Shown: positions 1-8,380, numbered from the stretch's first letter. The stretch is 9,026 bases of DNA from Octopus sinensis (GCF_006345805.1 NW_021828149.1:1-9026), one strand, 5' to 3'. Notes: a model not told the origin generated them from the sequence alone. Numbers and translations are program-made.

Positions 1-237
1 AACCAATCAGTGACGTCTATTGAGGTGAAAACATTCTGTGCCGTATGAATGTCCCTCGTTTAAGAAATAGATTAGGTTTATTTACATTTGTGAAGAAAAA
101 AAAGATACCCTTCCACCCACCCCTTAACCCTAACCCAAAACAGATTGAAATGCAATAATCGATTCTAGGGTCATAATTATGGATGACAATTTCATATGAC
201 ACCGCTAGAAAAAACTGCCGTCAAACCGAAAAGATCC
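1..237. mobile_element. Probable right end of a non-autonomous DNA transposon (MITE-like); other end lies outside the window
   Basis: Ends in AAAAAACTGCCGTCAAACCGAAAAGATCC (209-237), followed by TTAT. I recall this as the terminal inverted repeat of an abundant octopus repeat that also carries an internal TAACCCTAACCC (125-136 here). The partner TIR and TSD are not visible, so the superfamily is unresolved. Based on recall, not a search. Confidence 0.45.
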
Positions 238-548
238 TTATATTTTCTACATAATTAATGACAATATGTATTTAACCAAAGCTTCGATTTAAGGTTTTTC
301 CTCGATTTTTATAATTTTATATTTTATATTAAACTCATTTATTTGTTTTGTTTAATTTTTGTTTATCGCTCGCATACGACCGTTATTTTAAAGGACCAAT
401 GAAGCAAATCCATTTTTAAAGGTGTAACGTTTATACTAGTCTTGATCGAATGTCATCTCGGTTCTATTTTAACAAAACTGTCCGACGAATGGAAACGTGA
501 AACTCCGAGTAACAGCTTTTGTTATATTTATGCTGCTTTTAAATAAAG

Positions 549-603
549 TACATATATATATGTATGTATGTATGTGTATATGTATGTATGTATGTATTAT
601 ATA

Positions 604-667
<64 letters not shown>

Positions 668-678
668 GTATATATATA
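549..678. repeat. (TA)n/(TATG)n compound microsatellite
   Basis: Directly visible. Confidence 0.97.
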
Positions 679-681
679 ATC

Positions 682-911
682 AATAATAAATCTCTGAGTG
701 AGGTATAAACAGTAGCTGCACAACATCGTGTAGTATATTTGCCACTTAAAGTGTCACAGAAAGTGCGTCGATAGCCAGCTGGAGGAGGTGTCCTCCTGGG
801 GATACAAGCTACAGTACATCTACCCCCTAAGGGTTAGTCACATTTAAGTGGCAAATATACTTCACGATGTCGTGCAGCTACTATGTATACCTCGCTCAGA
901 AATTTAATATT
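682..911. repeat. Long inverted repeat, arms ~682-750 and ~842-911
   Basis: AATAATAAATCTCTGAGTGAGGTATAAACAGTAGCTGCACAACATCGTGTAGTATATTTGCCACTTAAA matches the reverse complement of TTTAAGTGGCAAATATACTTCACGATGTCGTGCAGCTACTATGTATACCTCGCTCAGAAATTTAATATT with scattered mismatches. Spacer ~90 bp. Confidence 0.93.
773..868 (+). repeat. Direct repeat copy 1 (part of the HHR-bearing unit)
   Basis: Aligns to 2891-2984 at roughly 85-90% by manual alignment; the last 30 nt (839-868 = 2955-2984) are identical. Confidence 0.93.
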
Positions 912-1007
912 TCTTGTTTACACTTTTTCAAGATCAGTGACTTTTCGTCACTGGAAAAAGGATATATGTATTTGCATCGGTAAAGCACTTCACATCGACA
1001 ACCGGTG

Positions 1008-2771
1008 CTCATCACTTTTTCTTGGTTTTTGAAAGTGAGGCCGTAGCGGGACCGCCTTGTTGGGCGGTATGGAAAAGACTGAAATGAAGAGCTATGCGAA
1101 GGCTGCCGGAGTGCGGGAAACCGTGAACTCACGTATGATGAAACGGGAGACTAAGGAGCGGGACGTGAAGAAGGTGGGAAAGTATAGCCGCATGGTGCAG
1201 AAAGAAGAAACCAACATCAGACTAATTATGCCAGAAGACGAAACAAGAAAATTTATGAACAAAGAATATTATTCTGAACTTTCTCTAACGAAAATAGAAG
1301 AGTGGAAAAAGCGCCACAAGAAAAATTGAAGAATTACTACTGGAAAATATAAGTGAAGAAATAATCTTCTTCACAAGAGGAAAGGAATATGGGACAATAA
1401 CGATTACATTTGCGACAGAAGAAGACGCAAGATCGAATGAGGGACAAGTGATAGAAGGAGAAAAGTGGTCACTAATACCAAATACTCAAAGGAAAAGACT
1501 CGTCAAAATCAGGGTAGGAAGAATCCCACCAATGATAGAACCAGAATGGGTGATAGTAGAAATTTTTGGCGAGAATTTGCTGAAAGGAAATACGAAGTTA
1601 GGAGTTCAGATGGTGAGCAGGACTGAAAACTTGAATTACTGGGGATATGGCATAGAAGTAATCTGCACCGTAACCCCAGAATACTACGAAGAGTTACCCG
1701 AAACAGTGGAACTACCAACAGGAGAGAAACTACAAATAATATTGCATGGAAGACCCCCAAAATATTATGAATGTGGCAAGAGAGAGCACATGAGAAGGAA
1801 TTGCATTAATACAGTTATGAAAATGGTGGCATTGAGTATACTGGAAGAAGTAGTAAGAAAAATGGAAAAAAATAAGGAGAAGGCAACAGAGGCAAAAATT
1901 AGAAAGCGAGAAAGGATGAAATCCCCGATAACAGTAGAAATAAAAAGAAGCAAGGGAACGGAAGAAGAAAAACAACCTATGACAAAAAAAAAAAAAAAAG
2001 AAAAGAAAAGAAAGAACTACCAACAGAAGAAACAGAGAAGGAGTGACGCAGAGAAAAAGCAAGAAAATCTAGAATCGCGGAAACCAAATGATAAAAATAC
2101 ACAGAGGGGAAAAACACAGAATTGCAGTCGGATGAACGCACAGATACGCAAATGCAGGAAGGCATGGACGTAGAAACGAACGAATTCACAGAGTTGAGGA
2201 GGGAAATACAGGACCAACAGGAAAATGGATGGGAAAAGAAACAATGTGGGAAACAAAAATGCGATGGCAAAACATAGCGAGATAGGATACTAAATGGTAT
2301 TTGGTTTGTGAAAAGACTGGAACTGAGACAAAAAAAGAAAAAGAATTACAGTTTGGACTTTACAAACTTTAAAAAAAAGAGAGAAAAATAATGTAAATTT
2401 GAACCATTAATGAACAGGTTTCCTTAAGTTTAGGTAAACTGTGATAAACAGTTTTCTTTTGTTTAAAAAAAAATAAGAAAGAACAGTATAAACATTTATT
2501 GTAAAAGTTATATTGGTAAGGCAGAAAACTAAGGAAGAAGTCGTGGTTTCGATTCAGAGTGAAACTAGACGTTATTGAAAACTTTAAGTGTAAAAAGGAA
2601 TTTATGGTTTCATCTCGCAGCGGGGGGGGGGGGGCGAGAGATGACCGTCTCATTTGCATTGTTTATACATCATTTCACATATCATCCTTCATGCGTTTTA
2701 TGTTTTCGCTTGTCTTTGTATGTCCCTTCTATATTAAGGCCTTGTGCCTGTAATAAAGAGAAAAAGAGAAA
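1008..2771 (+). mobile_element. ORF1-only (half-L1-like) non-autonomous L1/Tx1-type retroelement, decayed
   Basis: Flanked by AACCGGTG at 1000-1007 and 2772-2779 (candidate TSD). Has a 61-nt 5' leader, a decayed ORF1, a G13 tract (2622-2634), AATAAA (2752-2757) and an A-rich tail GAGAAAAAGAGAAA. No APE or RT motifs seen. Confidence 0.65.
1069..2277 (+). pseudogene. Disrupted LINE ORF1-like protein (L1/Tx1 type: RRM-like segments, CCHC zinc knuckle, K/E-rich tail)
   Basis: ATG at 1069 (MEKTEMKSYAKAAG). A frameshift in an A-run at ~1306-1325 joins the frame open from 1298 to 2173 (KIEELLLENISEE...ITFATEEDA...VKIRVGRIPP...LPETVELPTGEKLQIILHGRPPKYYECGKREHMRRNC). The knuckle is C-X2-C-X4-H-X4-C with the first Cys read as Tyr (TAT). 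A probable second frameshift near 2093-2097 leads into ...QEGMDVETNEF...GWEKKQCGKQKCDGKT* (TAG 2275-2277); that frame stays open past the TAG to 2391. Confidence 0.8.
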
Positions 2772-2775
2772 AACC

Positions 2776-2836
2776 GGTGATTGTCACACTCTGATGATGG
2801 GTCAATACCCAGAAACCCAGGTGCATGTGTATCACT
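2776..2836 (+). ncRNA. Type I hammerhead ribozyme-like motif with degenerate cleavage site
   Basis: CTGATGA core (2791-2797); stem II TGGGT/ACCCA with CAAT loop (2798-2811); GAAAC (2812-2816); minimal stem III AC/GT around CCAG; stem I ACAC/GTGT (2786-2789 with 2827-2830) plus GGTGAT/ATCACT (2776-2781 with 2831-2836). The triplet reads GTG rather than GTH, with 2 extra nt before stem I. Confidence 0.7.
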
Positions 2837-2890
2837 CAGGTTGAAGAGAGGAAGGATGGCTTCCTTTGCAAATACTGTTAGGGCACAGTA

Positions 2891-2984
2891 AGCCAGCTGG
2901 AAGAGGTTCTTCCTGGGGATACAAGCTACAGTAGCACCCATCCCTAAGTTTAGCCACATTTAAGTGGCAAATATACTTCACGAT
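2891..2984 (+). repeat. Direct repeat copy 2, truncated by a (TA)n tract
   Basis: Matches 773-868; homology stops where the microsatellite begins. Confidence 0.93.
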
Positions 2985-3040
2985 ATATATATATATATAT
3001 ATATATAATTATATATATATATATATATATAATATATATA

Positions 3041-3087
<47 letters not shown>

Positions 3088-3122
3088 ATATATTAATATA
3101 TATAATAATATATATATGTATA
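2983..3122. repeat. (TA)n microsatellite
   Basis: Directly visible. Confidence 0.97.
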
Positions 3123-3650
3123 TCCCTTTTTCTTTCTCCCTTTCTCTTGCTCCTCCTCCTCCCTCCCGTCGTTGACCCGCGACGAGAGCTCTGCTACTGT
3201 CTTTCTGGCCTGACTTCCTTGAAGTGTGGACGGCATTTTCTGTTGCTCCTTTGCCGTTCTCTAAAATAGCGTTCGTAATACATTTTCTCGTTCGGCGTTA
3301 ACAGCCCTCTTGTCTTGTTATTCTCCTTGTCCTGTCTTTTACTGTTTATATTCTGTACTGTCGTTACTGTCCTGTTTTTGTTACCATTTTTACCCCTCAA
3401 CAAAAAGATCCCAAATTTTATTTAATTTGCTTTTCGCAGGAAGGAAAGTTTCTATCGAAGATGCGTATCGCCTTCACCTTCGAAATGCAGAGTAGATGAA
3501 ACCATGGCGACTGAAGAAGGGGATTTTTCCTTGTGTTATTTGTCCTGTACTCTATTTTTTTGTTGTTTAAGAAAAATTTCCAGTTCCTTGGTTTTGTGTT
3601 TATGTTTTCGTTTCTCATTGTGTTCGACGTTTTTTTGGTGTCCTGTACCC

Positions 3651-3724
3651 ATATATGCGTGTATATATATACATGTAGAGGTAGGTACGTACATATTTGT
3701 ATGTATATATACATATGTTTTATT

Positions 3725-3755
<31 letters not shown>

Positions 3756-3808
3756 ATGTGTGTGTGTGTGTGTGTATGTGTGTGTGTATATATTTATATT
3801 TGTATATA
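3651..3808. repeat. (TA)n/(TG)n compound microsatellite
   Basis: Directly visible. Confidence 0.93.
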
Positions 3809-4095
3809 TTAAAGTTAGAAAAGGCTGGTTTATGCGATTACCTAGGTTTTACATCCATAGAGGGTTGAGCTTTATGCCATGTCATCAGATCCCAAAACTT
3901 GTTGGCCTAAGGCCTCTCTAGTAAGTGGCCTCTCTAGAATATGGAGGAGGCAAGGACCCCGCTACTTTCCTGTTAGAGGAAAGGGACAACAAAAACCAAG
4001 GCAGGACGAATACCTCAAGTCATTTAGAATATTTGATTAGCTAAGGTGAATTTGAAGCAATTAATTAATTATTGGATGTCTAACAGCTAGGTTAA

Positions 4096-4168
4096 CACCT
4101 CCATATGCTGGGTATTCCATCATCAGAGACAAAGTGGGCTTCTATGAAAGTTCCTTACAGGGAATTCA
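4096..4168 (-). repeat. Diverged relic homologous to the HHR-bearing unit
   Basis: Minus strand reads GTAAGGAACTTTCATAGAAGCCCACTTTGTCTCTGATGATGGAATACCCAGCATATGGAGGTG. It shares CTCTGATGATGG (12 nt) and AATACCCAG (9 nt) exactly with 2789-2812; GAAAC is lost. Confidence 0.55.
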
Positions 4169-4481
4169 CAGCTTATAAAGGAATAAAAATATAGATAGAA
4201 GAATACAGAGAGGAGAATAATGCTCACTACTCATATTCTTCCAGAGGCTATGGCGGTTGGTCCATACGTCCATGAAGTAATAGGTCCTTAACTTTAATTT
4301 TAGGTAAATCTAAGCAGAAATAGCCAAGCATGTGGATCATGATATTGAATAAGGATACTATAAGCCAGGTATTCCATCATAATTTCTGTTTGAATTAAAA
4401 GTTTTTGATTGATGCCAGATGTTTTCCTTTTTATTTTTTATTTTAATCTGTGTGTAAACATATGTATTTATTTATGTCTGT

Positions 4482-4512
<31 letters not shown>

Positions 4513-4530
4513 TGCACACACACACACACA
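4482..4530. repeat. (AC)n microsatellite
   Basis: Directly visible. Confidence 0.97.
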
Positions 4531-4568
4531 TCAGTTATTATTGTTCAGTCTAAGACTACAGTGGATGA

Positions 4569-4627
4569 TGCTCAAGGGGCCACACAAAAGGGACTTCAAA
4601 CCATGTGATTAGGGAGCAAACTCCTTA
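4569..4627 (-). mobile_element. Degenerate head fragment of the tRNA-type SINE seen at 4831
   Basis: TGCTCAAGGGGCCACACAAAAGGGACTTCAAACCATGTGATTAGGGAGCAAACTCCTTA aligns to the reverse complement of ~4852-4914. Confidence 0.6.
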
Positions 4628-4664
4628 GTCAAATAATGATTCCTGCACTTAAGCATTGTACTAC

Positions 4665-4830
4665 ATTATATATATACATACATACACATATATATATACA
4701 TGATATATATTTATATACATATATATACATTATATATATATATATACACATGCATATATGTATATGTTTATATATATGTGTATATATGATATATATATGA
4801 TATATATATATATGATATGATATATGTATA
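4665..4830. repeat. (TA)n/(TACA)n/(TATGA)-type compound microsatellite
   Basis: Directly visible. Confidence 0.95.
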
Positions 4831-5001
4831 GGCACAGGAGTGGCTGTGTTGTAAGTAGCTTGCTTACCAACCACATGGTTCCGGGTTCAGTCCCACTGCA
4901 TGGCACCTTGGGCAAGTGTCTTCTACTATAGCTTCGGGCCGACCAAAGCCTTGTGAGTGGATTTGGTAGACGGAAACTGAAAGAAGCCCGTCGTATATAT
5001 G

Positions 5002-5032
<31 letters not shown>

Positions 5033-5242
5033 TTGTGTGTCTTTGTTTGTCCCCCTAGCATTGCTTGACAACCAATGCTGGTGTGTTTATGTCCCCGTTA
5101 CTTAGCTGTTTGGCAAAAGAGACCAATAGAATAAGTACTGGGCTTACAAAAGAATAAGTCCTGGGGTTGAGTTGCTCGATTAAAGGCGGTGCTCCAGTAT
5201 GGCTGCATTCAAATGACTGAAACAAGTAAAAGAGAGAGAGAG
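4831..5242 (+). mobile_element. tRNA-derived SINE, full length, with internal microsatellite and LINE-derived tail
   Basis: A-box-like TGGCTGTGTTG (4841-4851), B-box-like GGTTCAGTCC (4884-4893), CCTTGGGCAAGT core-like motif, internal (TA)/(TG) run, tail GGCGGTGCTCCAG...CTGAAACAAGTAAAAG then (AG)n. Colinear with 6159-6530. Recalled as a common octopus SINE. Confidence 0.88.
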
Positions 5243-5292
5243 TATATATATATATATATATGATATAATATATATGTGTGTATATATATATA

Positions 5293-5325
<33 letters not shown>

Positions 5326-5445
5326 ATATATATATAATGATATAATACATATATATATATATATATATGAGTGAAATTATGTGTGTGCACATGAGCATGT
5401 ATGTGTGTATGCATGTGTGTGTGCTCGTGTGTGTGTATGTATGTG
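5243..5445. repeat. (TA)n/(TG)n compound microsatellite
   Basis: Directly visible. Confidence 0.95.
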
Positions 5446-5732
5446 ATTAAAGATGTTGGTGAGGAGATGAAATTAATTGATGCTACTCAAACGAAGTCTC
5501 CAGCAGTGTTTGTTTCTGCATTAATTAAACAGAGTCATGTCACTCTCACTGTTGGATATATAGGGATCTTTTCTTTGGCCCATTGCAAACCAGTAAACAA
5601 TGTCACAATTGTATATAGGCTGGAATATAAAATACCAAATATTTTAGTCAAGGAAACTTCCTTTCACAGAGAATTAAAAAAAAAAAAAAACAAAAACAAC
5701 AAATAAAATAAAATTTAAAAAAAGCAACATTT

Positions 5733-6017
5733 CTCTTCAATATCCTCCTGAAGGACCTGAGAGACCTGCATGGGGTGGATGCGGATGTCTTTAAAATAAA
5801 ACTGGATCTCTTCCTGTCAGGTGTCCCAGATGAACCAACTTCACGGCAGGAGGTGCAGATGAGGGCAGCTGCATCGAACTCTCTCATGCACCAAATGGCA
5901 ATTGCTAAAAAGCATTCGTGAAGTAAAATCATGTAGCAACACCAAATGGCGGTGCCCCAGCATGGCCACAGCTCGTGAGCTGAAACTAGATAAAATAAAA
6001 AAGAAAATAATAATAAT
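5733..6017 (+). mobile_element. 5'-truncated CR1/L2-group LINE 3' end (ORF2 C-terminus, 3'UTR, tail)
   Basis: 5733-5921 translates to LFNILLKDLRDLHGVDADVFKIKLDLFLSGVPDEPTSRQEVQMRAAASNSLMHQMAIAKKHS*. This fits the LFNxLP...FKxxLDxFLxxVPDxP...SNSL C-terminal pattern of CR1-group RTs. It is followed by a short UTR, the tail at 5948-5995 and an A/TAA-rich end. Confidence 0.78.
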
Positions 6018-6158
6018 TTCACGGAATGTAAAATGAATGTCTCTAACACATGACACATGGATTTTAGGATGGTAATGCAGTATGAATAGCCATATATTTG
6101 TCCCAAGAGCAATCCAAAAGATCATCTTGGAAATCACACATACAAACATACATATAAA

Positions 6159-6530
6159 GTACAGGCATGGATATGTGGTAAGGAGCTTGCTTACCAGCCA
6201 CATGGTTCCGGGTTCAGTCCCATTGCATGGCATCTTGGGCAAGTGTCTTCTACTATAGCCTCAACCAACCAAAAGCCTTGTGAGTGGATTTGTTAAATGG
6301 AAACTGAAAGAAGCCCATTATATATGTGTGTGTATGTTTGTGCATGTATCTTTGTTCGCCACCACTGCTTGACAACCAGCATTGGTGTGTTTATGTCCTT
6401 GTAACTTAGTGGCTCAGCAAAAGAGACTGATACAATAAGTATCAGCCTTAAAAAAATAGTCCTGGGAACAATTCTTCAAGGTGGTGCCCCAGCATGGCTG
6501 CAGCCTAATGACCACAACAAGTAAAAGATA
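6159..6530 (+). mobile_element. Second, more diverged copy of the tRNA-derived SINE
   Basis: Colinear with 4831-5232 (e.g. CACATGGTTCCGGGTTCAGTCCCA, TTGGGCAAGTGTCTTCTACTATAGC, GCCTTGTGAGTGGATTTG, ACAAGTAAAAGA). Confidence 0.88.
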
Positions 6531-6723
6531 AGAAGAAAGATTTGCTCGTATTATATACAGTGACGTAGAAATGGGAGTCAGGAATAATTCCAAAGGTAGA
6601 TGGACTGAGAAACGGAAAAGAAGGAGAAAAAATGGATTGGAGGAAAAGAGGAATAAATAAATATGAAGATTTTGTTTTCTAATAATAATGATTGTTATTG
6701 TTTCATTCTTTCATTTGTTTCAG

Positions 6724-6841
6724 AAACTGGTCTGTGGTAATACTGCGACACAGTCTTCAAAGTTCAGTTGATCAAATCTACCCAAAAATTTATTTTGAGT
6801 TTGGTTCTTATTCTGATGGTTCCTTCTTACCGGAGTGCTGA
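6724..6841 (+). CDS. Candidate terminal coding exon of an unidentified host gene
   Basis: Strong pyrimidine tract plus CAG acceptor (TTTCATTCTTTCATTTGTTTCAG, ending at 6723). The frame from 6725 reads NWSVVILRHSLQSSVDQIYPKIYFEFGSYSDGSFLPEC* (TGA 6839-6841). Protein not recognised. Confidence 0.3.
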
Positions 6842-6846
6842 CAATT

Positions 6847-7299
<453 letters not shown>

Positions 7300-7787
7300 T
7301 AACATCTGTTTTCCATGCAGGTATGGGTCAAATGGTTTGACCGGAACTGGCAACCCAGAGAGCTGCATCAAGTTTTCGTCTTCTGTTTTGACCTGGTTTC
7401 TATGACTGGTTGCCCTTCATAATGCCAGCCATTTTACAGAGTGTATGGCATGGTTTCTACATGTTACTGGCATTGATGCTTTTTATGTGTCACCAGCACT
7501 GGCCACAACCATGATTTCACTCAGTCTGACATGTCTTCTCAAGTACAAAAAAATTGCCAGAAGTTTTGGTCACTTGTTACCTTCATAAGATTCAACAACT
7601 GAAGATCATATTTTACCACCCCATCCTAGGTCTGCCCTTCCTCAAGTTCCCTCCACAATTAGAGATCAGAACTTCTTGACACAGTTGTCCTCATCCATAT
7701 GCATCACATGACCATACCAGAGCTGTCTTTTCTCTTGCGCACAACCTCTGATGCTTCTTATATGCAATTTTACTCAACATCAGTCGT
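7300..7787 (-). mobile_element. 5'-truncated, decayed RTE-clade LINE 3' end
   Basis: Minus strand encodes QEKRQLWYGHVMHMDEDNCVKKF*SLIVEGT*G..GRPRMGW (WYGHVMHM at 7719-7696; GRPR at 7636-7625 after a frameshift). This matches the RTE RLRWxGHVxRM...GxRxRGRPRxxW C-terminal motif. The 3'UTR ends GCATGGAAAACAGATGTT-AGATGATGAT. Confidence 0.82.
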
Positions 7788-7890
7788 CACATGGTGATGG
7801 GTGGAAAACACAACCCCAATGATGCACCCACCCACCCACTCACTTTCATACTCACAGTGTATACATGCACATACATACATATATATATAA

Positions 7891-7976
7891 ATATAAATTT
7901 ATAAATAAGGATAATATCGATATTATCAAGTGGCCACTTGATAATATCAATATTATCCTTATTTATAAATTTATAT
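7891..7976. repeat. 86-bp spacerless palindrome with one mismatch
   Basis: 43-bp arms centred on GTGG|CCAC (7933/7934); the only mismatch is C7918 opposite A7949. Confidence 0.95.
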
Positions 7977-8380
7977 AATTCATCACTATATTCACTGTGG
8001 TGTTTATTTTGACCATATTGCACTTACGAGGTAGTTGGTGGGCAATTTAAACTGGCTTTGTACATACGTGCATATATATGTATGTATGGATGTTCGTATA
8101 TGTAAGTATAACGTTTGTTCTGCATATATATATTTGTATTTATGTTCCCCTCTGGTATATTCAACTGACGAAAGCAGATCTTATTTGAAGCAAAGTTAGA
8201 AATCCAGAATCTTGAATTATCCAGTAATATCTTTGCTAGTTTGTTTTGTCTCTCTGTCTTATCTCGTGGTGCGATATGAACATTTTAGGTGGTTTTTAGA
8301 GTCAGGATTTTGACTGCTATTTCGGCATGTAGTGTCTCCCAGAAAGAACCCTTATTCATAGTTGTATATATAAATACTTA

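Noticed and set aside
1-72. Helitron-like A|TC 5' end on the minus strand, and CCAAT/TGACGTC promoter motifs at 3-17
   Set aside because: Both are better explained as internal sequence of the TIR element at 1-237; short motifs alone are not evidence.
2873-2950. Pistol-ribozyme-like look: hairpin TACTG/CAGTA with loop TTAGGG (2878-2883) complementary to CCCTAA (2942-2947); also a twister-like ACAAGC
   Set aside because: No A-rich linker after the hairpin, spacing ~50 nt rather than short, no GCG after CCCTAA, and no P2/P3 or twister P1/P2 could be built. The hexamers are also just single telomere-type repeats.
750-2984. LTR or DIRS/Ngaro retrotransposon interpretation of the direct and inverted repeats
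   Set aside because: No TG..CA termini, PBS or PPT, and no RT, RNase H, integrase or tyrosine recombinase remnants. The ORF looks like LINE ORF1 with its own poly(A) signal and candidate TSD.
3911-3937. 11-bp direct duplication GGCCTCTCTAG
   Set aside because: A small local slippage duplication with no element between the copies.
497-5414. ORFs rich in Y/I/V/C/M or H/T dipeptides (497-679, 3533-3921, 4409-4612, 4629-5071, 5055-5414) and antisense ORFs over 1509-2270
   Set aside because: They are microsatellite translations or shadows of the purine-rich ORF1 strand.
5441-5706. ~85 open codons (VIKDVGEEMKLIDATQTKSPAVF...)
   Set aside because: No recognisable motif, begins in a microsatellite, ends in poly-A, and no convincing splice sites.
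8165-8210. CTGACGA, a second possible hammerhead core
   Set aside because: No stem II closing directly onto GAAA, and no stem I/III partners.
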